The position numbers were made by a program, and so were the translations under genes. A stretch of DNA of 63,528 bases, the filler included, from Bigelowiella natans CCMP2755 (Eukaryota; Protista; Cercozoa): assembly GCA_000320545.1 (NCBI GenBank). It is 4 parts of 4 records of this genome, joined end to end, with 100 filler letters (N's around TTAATTAATTAA, not from the genome) between each part and the next. Parts side by side here need not be neighbours in the genome. Positions count along the whole stretch, not along the records: positions 1 to 25,104 come from ADNK01000561.1; 3 more parts are not named here. One strand, written 5' to 3'. The notes under the pieces are model-generated. The model did no database searches. It was given only the letters and a program-made list of their open reading frames with translations, and was not told the origin of the DNA. Position 1 is the first letter of the stretch. The number at the start of each line of letters is the position of its first letter. This document shows positions 1-18,763 of the stretch, one piece after another.

Positions 1-93
1 CTTCCCTCCTTAGCCTACAAGTCGGCAGACGATACGATCACCGTAATGCTCATCATCATTGTCATCATCATCAATCATCATCAATAATAATAG

Positions 94-275
94 ATGGCTC
101 AGTTGATGAATGGGGAGGACTTCTTCCCGTCCTTAAAGCTGTGCAGACCCGAATCCTACGCAGCGTGCGGCACCTATAAGGAGGCCAGGAAGGTAGTAGA
201 CGTATGACAACTACCAACCATATAATCTCAATTACAACCTACGATTGTCTGTGACTACCCTGCCATTCTCCGTAC

Positions 276-349
<74 letters not shown>

Positions 350-822
350 GTGTGTATGGAAGAGGGGGGGGGGTATTTTCTATGGCAGCTGCTCTCGACA
401 CAGTGTATGTGTCTCGCTGCTGCTTTGCAAGTTCGAGGCTAAAGCTTCTCCCATTACTACTACTACTACCAGGCCTTTTTGTCTGGGATGAAGGCCCTCA
501 CTAAGGTATCATCGTCAAAGAAGAAGATGGTGATGGTGGTGATGATGACGACGATGATGATTTGCGAGGAATACGGTATGGCTCCTGGTAATCATGATGT
601 TAATGCAGGCCGAGAAGTTCTTTGTTCTCGATGGCTTCGTCACAGAACATATTAAGGTCATACTCATCATCATCATCATTGTCATCCGTCGTCGTCGTTC
701 AGGTGTTACTGTACCACGTCGCAGTGTTTGCGCGCGCGCGTGTGTTTGTGTATGACAACGTGTATTTCGTACAGATACTTCAGGAAAAGTCCCAATTTTG
801 GAAGTTTTTGGCGTAAGTGCAG

Positions 823-864
<42 letters not shown>

Positions 865-2741
865 GCATAAGCGATGCACAGCATGCACGATGGACCACAT
901 GAAAACACACGCATACAATCGTTCTGTGCGACTTGCTCGTAGTCTAGTAGTTTCATGATTTGTGTCATTATCATCATCATCATCATCATCATCGTTATCG
1001 TTATCGTTGTATTAGACAAAGAGAGGAGGACTTATCCAGAAGGTATTTCGTTACTTTTCCTCCTCCTGTTGCTTCTTCTTCTTCTTCTTCTTCTTCTTCT
1101 TCTTCTACTAGTGTCAATATGCTACTTGGCTCCTAGGACTATCGTCCTTTTGATACTCCCCCCCCCCACCCCCCAAACAAATGCATATTATGATTCACAA
1201 TTTTAATAAAAATATGAAAGGGCCAAGATGCACAAAAGACGTGGCAACCTCCTACGTCCGGTCCTTCATGAGATCAGCTCTAGCGCCTATGGTAATGAAA
1301 TACAGCAAATGGCGGATGAGGTCGGTACTCGTTGGTGCATGCCTTGTGATGATGATGACGATGACGATGGTGATCGGGGAGGCGAAGGGTATGGTGATGA
1401 TATTTAACCTACCCTCCTTCCAGGTTGCTTCGAGTGCGACGATTATGCTGGAGATAAAGGAACATCTCTTTCCCAAGCTAGCTAAGAACAAACGCTCCGA
1501 TGTACTTCCCCCCACTTCACCCAGATATTCTACACGATAATGATGATGATGATGATGATGATGATGATGGGGAGGAGGAGAAATGATAATGATGAAAGGG
1601 TAGAAGCTCAGATCGTAATGTTGATAATAGCGAGTGAGTGGATGAGCTGGTGAGAAGAGGAACTACTTTTACAAATAGCACGCTCCTACCCATCGTATGT
1701 TCAAGTGAATTTTCTCATTTCGGCTCACACACAGCACCCGCACCACGTATTATTATTATTATTATTATTATCATTATTATTATCATTATTATTATCATTA
1801 TTATCATTATTGCAGTCAACTCTTGATGATTATTCGCTGCTGTTCTCTCGTCATCCATTAGGCTGTGAACAAGATCAATAAGCTGGCCCACACGGCCATC
1901 CTATACTATCGTCTCTTCATTCGGTAAATGCTGCTTCATATTATGGTTTTGATTCAGTGTATCTTGATGTCTTGCGGCACATCCATGGTGATATCACTTC
2001 TTTACTAATTGAAATTTATTATTATTATTATTGTTATTGTTATTATTATCCTCGCCCCCCCCCAACGGTGCAGAGGCTTCCACAAGAACTATGGGCCTGA
2101 TCCACCTGACAAGATCGATGCGTATGACCTTCCTTCCACCATCTCTCCCCATTCTTCAACAGCTCTACCAAACACACACGCACACATAGTTGTTCATAGC
2201 GTACGTTATCATTCATACAGATATTTCTTATTGTTAATTGTTGTTTTTGTTGTTGTTGTAGGGAAATCGTGAAGCACTATCTGACTGCTCGGTGAGGGGG
2301 GGGGGGCGGGGGAGGGGGGCAGAGGAGATTGGAGTGAAGCAGGAAAAAGCTAAGATTTATGATCATCACTGCGGTTGTTGCTACTGCTACCCACCCCTCG
2401 CCCTTCGATTCATTATTCTTCCACTTAAATACTATAATTTTTATCGTATCATTTGCACTGCCATCATCAATTACGCGTCCTAGGTTCCATATCGCGCGGT
2501 TGTATTCGAAGATTGTGGGCGACACGATCCCTGCTACATGCAAACTTACGCAGAGTAGTCTTGAGGAGTATAAGGTGGGTTGCTGCTGTTTAGCTGCTCA
2601 TCTTACGACGCTTGTGCGTGTGCGTGTGAGTACGCAAAGTCGGTATTTTCTGTGATAAGACTTCATTGACGTGCTAGCACCTGAAGCTTATAGTGCCACT
2701 TCTCTGATTTTCCCGTCCCCCTCACTCTTCCTTCTGATAGT

Positions 2742-2781
<40 letters not shown>

Positions 2782-2939
2782 ACGTCACAGCTGATTGTCA
2801 AACTCGCAAAGAAATATGACTGCAAGGTTGTGATTAGCAAGTCGGAAAGAAGAGGAGGAGGGGAAGAAGAAGATCAACCCACCTATGACTGTGATTATGT
2901 AAAAGAATGTGAAAGTGGCACGGTGTCCACGCATGTCTA

Positions 2940-2978
<39 letters not shown>

Positions 2979-3255
2979 TGGCTCGTATCTGGGAATCTTA
3001 AACTAACGAATTAATATATTATCTTCTTATTGCATCTGGAGCACTAAGTAGTTGTATCTGTTTTCTCAACAATTACACTACAGGATTTCAAAGAAGAGCT
3101 ACAAATATGCAAGGACATGGTAAGTAAAGGCAGGGATTCATAATACCTCTCCATTGAGATAGCTGTTTGAGTTGAGTCAAACACTGAATCAGGTGGACGT
3201 TCTCCCGGCGAAAATCGCAAATTGGCAACGAGAAGCGAGCAAATATACCCCTTGA
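94..3255 (+). CDS. KIFBP: KIF-binding protein (KBP/KIFBP) homolog, 3' part, many small exons
   Basis: Manually spliced AG..GT exons give YKEARK|AFLSGMKALTK|AEKFFVLDGFVTEHIK|ILQEKSQFWKFLA ... VLHEISSSAYGNEIQQMADE|VASSATIMLEIK ... FHIARLYSKI...SSLEEYK|LIVKLAKKYDCK|DFKEELQICKDM|VDVLPAKI...*. These match, in order, the KBP C-terminal motifs as I recall them (AKEFFQIDGYVTDHI, ARLYGKI, SLEHYK, ELELSKEMVSLLPTK). Stop TGA at 3253-3255. The 5' end lies outside the window. Confidence 0.75.
279..345. repeat. Compound (CT)n(GT)n microsatellite, representative of dozens of intronic SSRs (CA, CT, TA, ATC, CTT, GGA, poly-G) across the window
   Basis: Directly visible; these SSRs explain most low-complexity ORFs in the track. 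Confidence 0.95.
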
Positions 3256-3650
3256 ACACGGCACGTTAAGGTTAATTAAGAGTATATTAATGCTACCCGA
3301 CATGTCCACGAAGCATAGCAAGGCAGTATCTAGTGTCTCGTGGAAAATAGTCACAATTACATTTCAAATCAAAATCTGTGTATTATTAAACAGTTTGCCC
3401 AACCCATTTATTAGCCCCCCAGTTATAGGTGCATACGCGCGTAGCGCGATGGCACACTGCAGTAGAGGCAATATATGCAGCTCACTACAACACCACTGCT
3501 GTTAATTTTTGCGCCTCATGTACTTTTGGATGCACTATCTGCGTATACTGCCCCAATTACAATAAAGGTGCGATAAATATGCATTGGAAGAAGATTCCGG
3601 TATGCATTTAGCTAATTAGCTCTGGATTAGCTCTGGATGTACTGAGACGC

Positions 3651-3845
3651 GTGACGGATGTGATGAAGTGATCCAATTTTTTTCAATTGCGTCATCCCAA
3701 TGTAGCATGAATGCAAAGCAGCGACCACAGCGCTCGCATGTCACATGTGTTTGTCTCCACCATCACTGATCGTGTGTGCACAGCATGAGACGGATGTGAT
3801 CAAGTGGTCAAGTCTTTTCAACAAACAGTCATCCTGATCTAGCAA
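3651..3845. repeat. Two diverged copies of a ~55-bp dispersed repeat (third copy at 61434-61490)
   Basis: GACGGATGTGAT..A.TG.TC.A.T..TTTCAA.....ATCC at about 3651, 3787 and 61434. Confidence 0.55.
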
Positions 3846-4581
3846 TGTAGCTGTCATTGCATGTATTATTGCAAAAGACACACACAAAGATGATTTGAAA
3901 TATGGTGAAGACACGCACTTGGAGTAGTTTGTAATCGAAGGAACAAATGAAAATGTATGGTCATGCACAAATGTGCAACTAAGACAAGCCATGCACATGC
4001 TTTTATTGCAATGGATACAGCACACGTTCCATGTGTCATGTGCATGTTATTGAGCTGCTGGGCTACGATGCGACGTGCTAGCGAGGCATTTCATTCTCAC
4101 TTAAAAACTCTAGTTCTGCATCGAATTCGGCATCCATAGGCATGCATTGAGCATGCACACTTCTGTGCATTGCGCGGCAAACTGAAGTTAATGGGACATG
4201 AGAAATCACACGTAGCAAATGCGCGTAAACATGTACATAGAGAGAGAGCTAGAGAGGGGGGGGTGGGGGGGTGGGAGAACTGGGGAGGGAGAGAGAAAAG
4301 AGCAAGGTCAAACAAGTAAGAAGTGACTAGGTGATATTACACACGAGCGCCCGCACACTATTTTGTACTCAGTAACACCAAATGTAGTACTGTCGTCCGC
4401 TGCAAGACCACATTAAAACTTGGTAAATAAGATGACATGCATGCGATGATAATCCTGGATCGGGGCAGATACATGAGCTTACTATGTTCGAACGAATCGA
4501 TTCATGTATTGAAAAGGTGAAGCTTATACACGAACACGACCGAAAATCGTCTGTCTAATTGTTTGCTGCTAATTTTTCGAC

Positions 4582-6042
4582 TCATTCTGGGTGTTCTGTC
4601 TTGCACATGAGCTCCGCGAGCCTGAAGTGACACTCGGCGAATGCCCAACAATTAACGATCTTTGTCCTCCCACCTTTCTCTTTCCTGCTCTTTAAGAAGC
4701 ATTCGGAATTTACATTCAGCTTGCTTCCTTGTACATGCGGGGTTGACTCATTTTGGTGGCTCTTGCTAATATGTCGGTGTCCAATGATGCTATCCGGATC
4801 GAGCGAGTAGGGTGCGTCCCTGTCCTGCCGATGCCATCCTCGAATCAATTGCAAAGCTGCGAGCCGTGCGCAGGACTTGTCGATGTTCACGGATTTGGCG
4901 GTGACTGCATGCTTGGCATGAGGAAGGGTCAACCCTGTCCTATCATTGAAGAGAATTCCTTGCATATTGTAGCCTACAGCACCATACATGCCTGGAAGGC
5001 ACTTGAGCGCTTTCACATCCTCAGGCATTAGCTGGGCAATTTCCGTTTCTTTGAAGCCATCGTTGTAGCGGAGCTTGTGCTCAGTAAAGACAGTCGATTG
5101 TGAGACTCGTGTCATTTTTAGGTTCAGACCCAACTCTAATTTTCCTTTGATGTCCCCCGTGTTGATGAAAGGCCTCTCCATGAACATTCCAGCGAACATC
5201 ATCTGAGCCGCCCCGAGGGTCCTTTGTTGCTGGACAGGATTGTTCATTGCAGCAGAGAGGAACTGAAGGCTCCAAGAAGCAATCTTATTTAGCCTTGACT
5301 CCTGCAAATTCTGAAGCTCCTTCTCAGAATACTTCGCTGATTCCTTTTCTTTCTTTGGGATGGTTCTATAGTCATCTGGCATAATTTCTTGGAGTTCGTC
5401 TGGTTCATCGTCCACAGCAACCAGATCAAAGTCGAAACCAAAATCATCTTCGTCCTCTACGCCGTCGATGGCTTGAACAGCCTCATCATGGGTGAGTCTG
5501 AGAAAATTCTTGATGCTGGCGAATACCTTCTCCACCCGCTCTACCTTGTCCCCGAAGATCTCGCATCCTTCGCGGCCATTCTTCACGGGTGTTTCCCAAC
5601 TAAAGCAGGATCTACCGTCACCAATGACATTACCGCGATGCGGAGTGCCGTCCCTATCATTGGTACTGGCATGGACGAGGGATATTCCAGGATAACCGAC
5701 ATGCTCTGTGAGCTGTATCTTGTTCCCTTTCGTGATCTGGTCAATTAGTTTTGCCCTATATTCCTCAGAGACACAGCCAAGATTGAAGTCTTTCGTCATG
5801 TCGAATCCTATGCTCGCAAGCGATTGGGCAAGCACAGTGTTCTCGACAACATTTAGCTCCAACAGGCTGGCGTTTGACCGATCGATGGTGCTCTCGAGGT
5901 TTAGGGGATTTCTGTGCAAGGTGCCCTCGGCCAAAGTCAGGAGAAGACTTGTTAACAAGAAGCGGAGAAGCAAAGAAGGAGAGGAACGGACATTCCACAC
6001 CCCTCCACGCCGTGACGGAGGACAGGGCACGCTGCTCCTCAT
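4582..6042 (-). CDS. Intronless 486-aa putative secreted protein; C-terminus weakly Amidase_2/PGRP-like
   Basis: Long, non-repetitive ORF with a hydrophobic signal-like segment (LLLRFLLTSLLLTLAEG) and an acidic linker. C-terminal motifs are AVGYN, HA...SVNI and IIGHRHIS. The function call is tentative. Confidence 0.6.
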   Translation of the reverse strand: MRSSVPCPPSRRGGVWNVRSSPSLLLRFLLTSLLLTLAEGTLHRNPLNLESTIDRSNASLLELNVVENTVLAQSLASIGFDMTKDFNLGCVSEEYRAKLIDQITKGNKIQLTEHVGYPGISLVHASTNDRDGTPHRGNVIGDGRSCFSWETPVKNGREGCEIFGDKVERVEKVFASIKNFLRLTHDEAVQAIDGVEDEDDFGFDFDLVAVDDEPDELQEIMPDDYRTIPKKEKESAKYSEKELQNLQESRLNKIASWSLQFLSAAMNNPVQQQRTLGAAQMMFAGMFMERPFINTGDIKGKLELGLNLKMTRVSQSTVFTEHKLRYNDGFKETEIAQLMPEDVKALKCLPGMYGAVGYNMQGILFNDRTGLTLPHAKHAVTAKSVNIDKSCARLAALQLIRGWHRQDRDAPYSLDPDSIIGHRHISKSHQNESTPHVQGSKLNVNSECFLKSRKEKGGRTKIVNCWAFAECHFRLAELMCKTEHPE

Positions 6043-6436
6043 TGCTTCATCCAGATCTGCAGCAGGACAGACATCCTTACAGAGGGGGTTTTCAAATCCG
6101 TTTTAAATCCATCAAGACAGCTCGGACTAGGGCCGACTTTTTATTTTTTAAAATAAATAATAATTTAATTTTTAGGTAAAATGTCGGTGGACTAGTTCGA
6201 GTATTTCCTGTCGTCTTTCTGGTCCCGAAGAGAATTCTGCCGATGATGATGATGATGATGATGATGATGGTGTCGAAAATCAACAAGATATTGAATCTGC
6301 GACAAGTACTTGCGACCGCATGTGCTTCTCCTCGGCTGGAGAAAGGCCTGCTGCTCGACGATATCGTGCTCCTCAGATTCCAGAAGGGTTCAGATCACCT
6401 TCTGTTACCCCATCCATCCATCCATCCATCCATCCA

Positions 6437-7405
6437 ATGAATTTCTTTCTCCTCGACTTGGATCCGGAGAAAGCGGCCCAGATGCACTGCAATCGGCACG
6501 TTGTCAAGATGATTCTTGAGCTCACACACCTGCTCTGGATAGCCCTCCATATGTCCCACGCCCCGCCAAAGCTGAAGCAAGGTGCGAAAAGCCTCCCGCT
6601 TCCTGAGGAGGTGAAACCTGTGCTACTGGTCCTCACGGGGCTTTCGAAGAAAATGGCAAATTTGATCTTAAAATTCGTTTTTAAGCGACCGATCTTCGAA
6701 GCTATCGAAGGCGTGATCCCGTTCAGCAAGATGTACATGTGGAACCCGCTCGCGATGTGGGTTCGTGAAACGCCTGCAAACCACATGTTCACCCTTCGGT
6801 TTGCGTGGGCCTTATGCCGGGAATACTCGCGGCGATTCGGTAATAAGGTTCACTCATGCGAGGCGCACCTGCGACTTCTGGAAAAAATAGGTTATAGGAA
6901 GCCATCATCACTCCGAGAATACAAAAAAATCAGGGGAGTATTCAGCCTTAAAGGATGCACGCCTTTCCCGCTTTGTGTACCCAAAGAATGCCTTGTGGCC
7001 GTCGTTTCTGCTAATGATGAAAAGAAAAACGATGGAAATAGTAAATTTGATGCTATTCAGAGCTATCGTGCTTTCTATGCCCTCAAATTTCAAAATTGGG
7101 GGGCCAAGGGACGGCCAATGCGCTGGACCAGGAAGGAGCATAATAGCTCGAAGAAACGAAAGGCTAAGACTGTGTCTACTCGAGCGGATGAGAATAATAT
7201 TCCTTTGTGGTTGACGCTGCAGATAAAGCAGAATGCTCCAACGGAAAAACACCTGGAAAGTAATCACAACCTAAACTCTAGTACTTTCCTTATCAGCGCA
7301 GATGGTTCTACCAGTCGATCAGGGACAAGGAAATTACTTCGGAAAGAAGGGAGGATGACTGTTCAGAAAAATAAGAGGTTATCCAAGCGATTTAAAATAA
7401 AATAG
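6437..7405 (+). CDS. Pyrimidine-dimer DNA glycosylase / endonuclease V-like protein, intronless, with basic C-terminal tail
   Basis: The ATG at 6437 gives MNFFLLDLDPEKAAQMHCNRHVVKMILELTHLL, followed by PLAMWVRE, ALCREYSRRFGNKVHSCE, TPFPLCVP, DAIQSYRAFY and RWT. This is the motif series of the phage/NCLDV/bacterial MNIFxLDxDP...HVVKMILE family. Confidence 0.75.
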   Translation: MNFFLLDLDPEKAAQMHCNRHVVKMILELTHLLWIALHMSHAPPKLKQGAKSLPLPEEVKPVLLVLTGLSKKMANLILKFVFKRPIFEAIEGVIPFSKMYMWNPLAMWVRETPANHMFTLRFAWALCREYSRRFGNKVHSCEAHLRLLEKIGYRKPSSLREYKKIRGVFSLKGCTPFPLCVPKECLVAVVSANDEKKNDGNSKFDAIQSYRAFYALKFQNWGAKGRPMRWTRKEHNSSKKRKAKTVSTRADENNIPLWLTLQIKQNAPTEKHLESNHNLNSSTFLISADGSTSRSGTRKLLRKEGRMTVQKNKRLSKRFKIK

Positions 7406-8226
7406 AGCCACAGATTTGCATGCGGTACGCACTAGTAACCATCGGCCTCTCGCTTCACTCCCTTTATATATAATAATACACACACAAGACACACACAGAC
7501 ACATTACATCACATGTACCATCTATACTATGCGAATGTATGTTGCGTGCATGTGCATGCTAGTGTAGCTAGGTAGCCGCGTATCACAGCCAAGCAGCTAG
7601 GAATTGTCGGAACATGTGGACAGATTTGGATGCTAACAATGCTCACCTTGCATGTCCGTTGAGCTACCACTGCAATTGGGCGAGCATCTGCAGATGATGA
7701 ACCTGTATGGTGCCTGGTGCATTTGTAGCATGCTTCGCCGTGTTTGCGTAGGACAAATGATTTTGGATACACATGACACTGCCTGTTGGCAAACGCAGCG
7801 CAGCACCAAGCATGCCTTGTTTGCTAGCGCTAAACTAGCTAGCTAGGCCGGCACTTCTTGATTTATCGAATGGTTATATGGTATATTTGAGCATTAGAGC
7901 ATCCGCATGAACTTGTTTCATGTTCATATAAGGCAGTACAATATGCACGTAGCTCGCACGTTGCAATTGGCACATTTTTTTTACGACGCAAATTGACGAT
8001 CAGAAGATGGAAATCTATCTATATTTGTCACAACATAACTTTATTAAGAACTGCAGACACCTTTGCAATCTAATGAAGAATGTTTCACAAAAACAACCAT
8101 TGAGATTGGCAAGGAATATGGCTTCTTCCGTTCATCATGAGCCTTGTGCTGGTGACACACATGACGATAGAATTTACTACTTTTGATAAGGCAATGTACA
8201 GTATGTATATACTTGTCCTGCGGATC

Positions 8227-15098
<6,872 letters not shown>

Positions 15099-16434
15099 TG
15101 GATAAGCCTCCGGAGATAAATTGTTCAGCCCAACCTGAAGTTCTCCGTTTGGTGGTGTGTGACGTGACGTGACTCTGGTCGAATTATAGTGTGGTTCTCA
15201 CCGTGTCGGAGCAAAGCTCCGTGTCGGAACCCACAAGTAAAAGACTTATTGGCGGGAGAAACCATTCCAGTCGTCCGATATAAAAGCATTCTACTATACT
15301 TATGCGACAACAGCAGATCCCGATATTCAACCGCAATTGCAAAAAATCCAGAGGAAGAACAAATTCGGAAATCAAAATAGCGGCCATGTGGCACCGTTTG
15401 TTTCCGATTCAAAAATATCAAGGAATGTTCGAGGAAGTTCTTGAGACACCCTGAAATTTCGTGGAAGCAACACATGATGTAGATCTACAGGTAGATCTAT
15501 AAAATAAAATGAGTGCTTCTCCTGCGACTTGCAGAAGATCAACCACAGGTGGGAATTCTAGTTTTACAGAGAAAAATACTCCAAAACCCTCTTCCTTCCA
15601 ACGGATTTCCAGGATTTTGCACTGAGATACGTCATCTACTTTCCAGAAATATTCTACTTGTATTTTAGACTACGACATTATATTAAGACTGGATCATCAG
15701 ATGTACGAAGATTTCGATGTATTTTACCGAGAAGATAACAGATCTTATTTCTTAAGATTTCCAATAGAATATTCCGAGACGATTCAATTAAGATCTAATT
15801 GGAATGTATGTCAGTATTTGTCTATCAAAAAAGTAATATGTCTTCAAAAATAATGTGGAAATAGTATCTAGAATTGGATTCGAGCGAAGCATATAACTTA
15901 TATTCACCTTATTTTCCTCTTTCCAAAGACAAATATTGTATGTCTTGATTATAGGCTGAATGCAAAAGCAGCTCTGGGCTGTGTCTTGTAAGAATTCATT
16001 CTTCTTAGATAAAACGACAATATATATTTATGTCGTAGACTATAAATATATTGTATTTATCGTTTTCCTCGAAGCGCACAGCTCTTTCCATTGTCTTTGC
16101 GTTCGCGCCTCGCCAAGCTGGTGCAAGAAAGTAATACCTTTTTCACATGTAGTAACCAGAAAATTGTTAATATTATTCATGTAATGCGACTATTGCTGCA
16201 TGTCTCTTGAAGATATTACAGGATATTATAGATAATTTCTGAATTACAGGGAGAATCCTGGTCTGACAACATCAAAATTTTCACAGGTCTGAGAGACATT
16301 CAACCCAGCTTTCCTTCCTCCTCCCGGTCCCCATTTTAAATCAGCGGAGAGAATGTAGACATCATTTTAGGTTAGACAACACAGAGGTTGCTGATTTTTA
16401 AAACTGTGTCTCTTGTTTTTGTGACTACATCAGA

Positions 16435-17564
16435 ATGGCTCGAAACGCCTCATACGATTTCCTCATCAAGCTGCTCCTCATTGGTGACAGTGGTATTCAT
16501 TCTTTCCTATTCACTTTTTTCACTGTGAATAAACGTTAATGCTTTTTTTGTCTAAATCGAAACCATCCAAATTTTGGATGTGAAAGTTTTGCTTGAAAAT
16601 TTCTAAAGATTGTTTTTTGTGAAATTTAGGTGTTGGAAAAAGTTGTCTACTTCTGTGCTTCTCAGATCAATCCTTCACAACAAGTTTCATCACCACAATT
16701 GGGTACCCCTCTGCCATATTTTTTTTCCCCTTGCCCATATATTACTAAGCTAGATGAATACAGGATTGATTTCAAAATTAAGACCATCGAGCTTGATGGG
16801 AAAAGAATCAAACTCCAAATATGGGATACTGCAGGCCAAGAGCGCTTTAGGTTTGCTAATTTAACTGTTCTACTTGTTCTAAACTTTGACTTATACATTC
16901 CTTTTTTCCTACGGCAATCTTTACAGAACCATCACTACAGGTAGAAGATTTACTCAGAACACTTCCCACTCTCATGTTCCTAAGAATTTTACTCTGTTTT
17001 CCAGCATACTACAGAGGGGCCATGGGCATCCTTCTCGTTTATGATGTAACGGATGAAAACTCTTTCCAAAGTAATTTGAATATAGATTTCGATATGGTTG
17101 GGTTCTGAGTGAATTTATTGTAGACATTCGCAACTGGGTGCGGAATATTGAGCAGCACGCTGCAGATAATGTCGATAAAATTCTTATCGGAAATAAGTCT
17201 GACATGAAAGATCAAAAGGTTAGAGCGTAATTTGCATTTATGAGAAAATCATATTCAAATGGATTCTGTATAGGTGGTTGATACAGCAAGAGGAGAGGAG
17301 TTAGCTCGCCATTATGGCATCAAGTTTTTTGAAACGAGTGCGAAGACTAATGAGAATGTAAAGGAAGCTTTCTACGCTATTTCCAAAGATATTAAGAAGA
17401 GACTCATGGATACAAATCCTAAGGGAGATTCTTCGCATGGTGGTAATTTGCGATACTAAAAGAGCTATTGATGAACAACCCGATTCCTAATTATACCTTT
17501 TGCAGGAGGGGGGACGGTCAATTTGGGGAGGGGTAGCAGCGGTGGCGGTGGTTGCTGCAAGTAA
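16435..17564 (+). CDS. RAB8: Rab8/RabE/Sec4-family small GTPase, 8 exons
   Basis: Spliced product [25 protein letters not shown]...[54 protein letters not shown]...GNKSD...FFETSAK...GGCCK*. Short GT-AG introns and a C-terminal CC prenylation motif. Confidence 0.95.
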
Positions 17565-18285
17565 TACTTGATAGGTCAGCGTTGAAAGCGCACCTTTGAC
17601 GGTTTCCGTTAGGAAAGGATCGCTCGAATTCTACATGGATTTAAATAAAACCTGTTTTGGGTTGAGCATGGATAAATGCAGTTCCTTTATTTGTAACTAT
17701 CGTAAAATTGTCCAATAAACTTATTGTGAAATACGCAAGGCGGGATGCACGCGTGTAACGATATAACATCAGTGGATGGTGTAGATCATAATACATCATC
17801 TTCGACAGAAGTTGAAAAGGTGTGTTGTAGATTTCATGCTTATGAATGAGGCCACGGAATTCGGCGTTGCCTTTTGTCTCAAAATATTGATCTAATATCA
17901 CACTCATCATGCATACGTCAAGTACAAGTGATAATGCCATGCATCGCACATAGCATACCTACATGAATACACACACGAGCTATATAGGGCCTCAAGTGTA
18001 AGCGTGCTAGCATGCATCAGGCGCTAAGCGTACACATCTAGACATGTCAACGCACGCATCTATGCTATGTAGCCTATCATTGCGATGTGTGCGCTAGCAG
18101 CCAATTGGGCAGTGACTTACATAGCTAGCTGAAAATTTAACACTACGATACTACGTCATGTGCAAATTATGTCTACGTTAGTTCATCGCATGCCTGCTAG
18201 CCTGCTATATATTTGTGACCATCCGCATTTGCATTTATCTAGTTATTCGCATCGCACATGCCGTGTGTGCAGCGGTTATTCGTGT

Positions 18286-18321
<36 letters not shown>

Positions 18322-18325
18322 TGCT

Positions 18326-18358
<33 letters not shown>

Positions 18359-18763
18359 CTAGACTGGGCAGAAATCACATTGTGCTGAGTGTCAACACCC
18401 GTGAGGGCCATCACAATGCTTTGTTTTAATTAATTCTATTATGTGTTTGCCAGGGGATGCCAATGGGCACAATGTTGTCTAGTTGTTCGTGCAATAATTC
18501 GTGTTGACTATAATATTTCTCCACGTTCATTTAAGCGTTCATTGCACACGTACACCTAGATGCTCTATGCTAGTATGCGGCACAATATTGTCATACTTAT
18601 TAGCTAGCTTAGTGTGCCGTTATGCCATCGCATAGTTGAAGGCGACACAGAATCACAGATCAATGATCACATTTGACCTACTATGCACTTTCATCGAACC
18701 TGTGACTTAGCATAGTGGCTGCAATGTCACACAACTGAATAAGCCACGCATTTAGCTCCAACA

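Noticed and set aside
245-2272. Many ORFs with poly-CV, poly-I, poly-H, poly-L and poly-SL tracts (here and throughout)
   Set aside because: They are translations of intronic microsatellites, not proteins.
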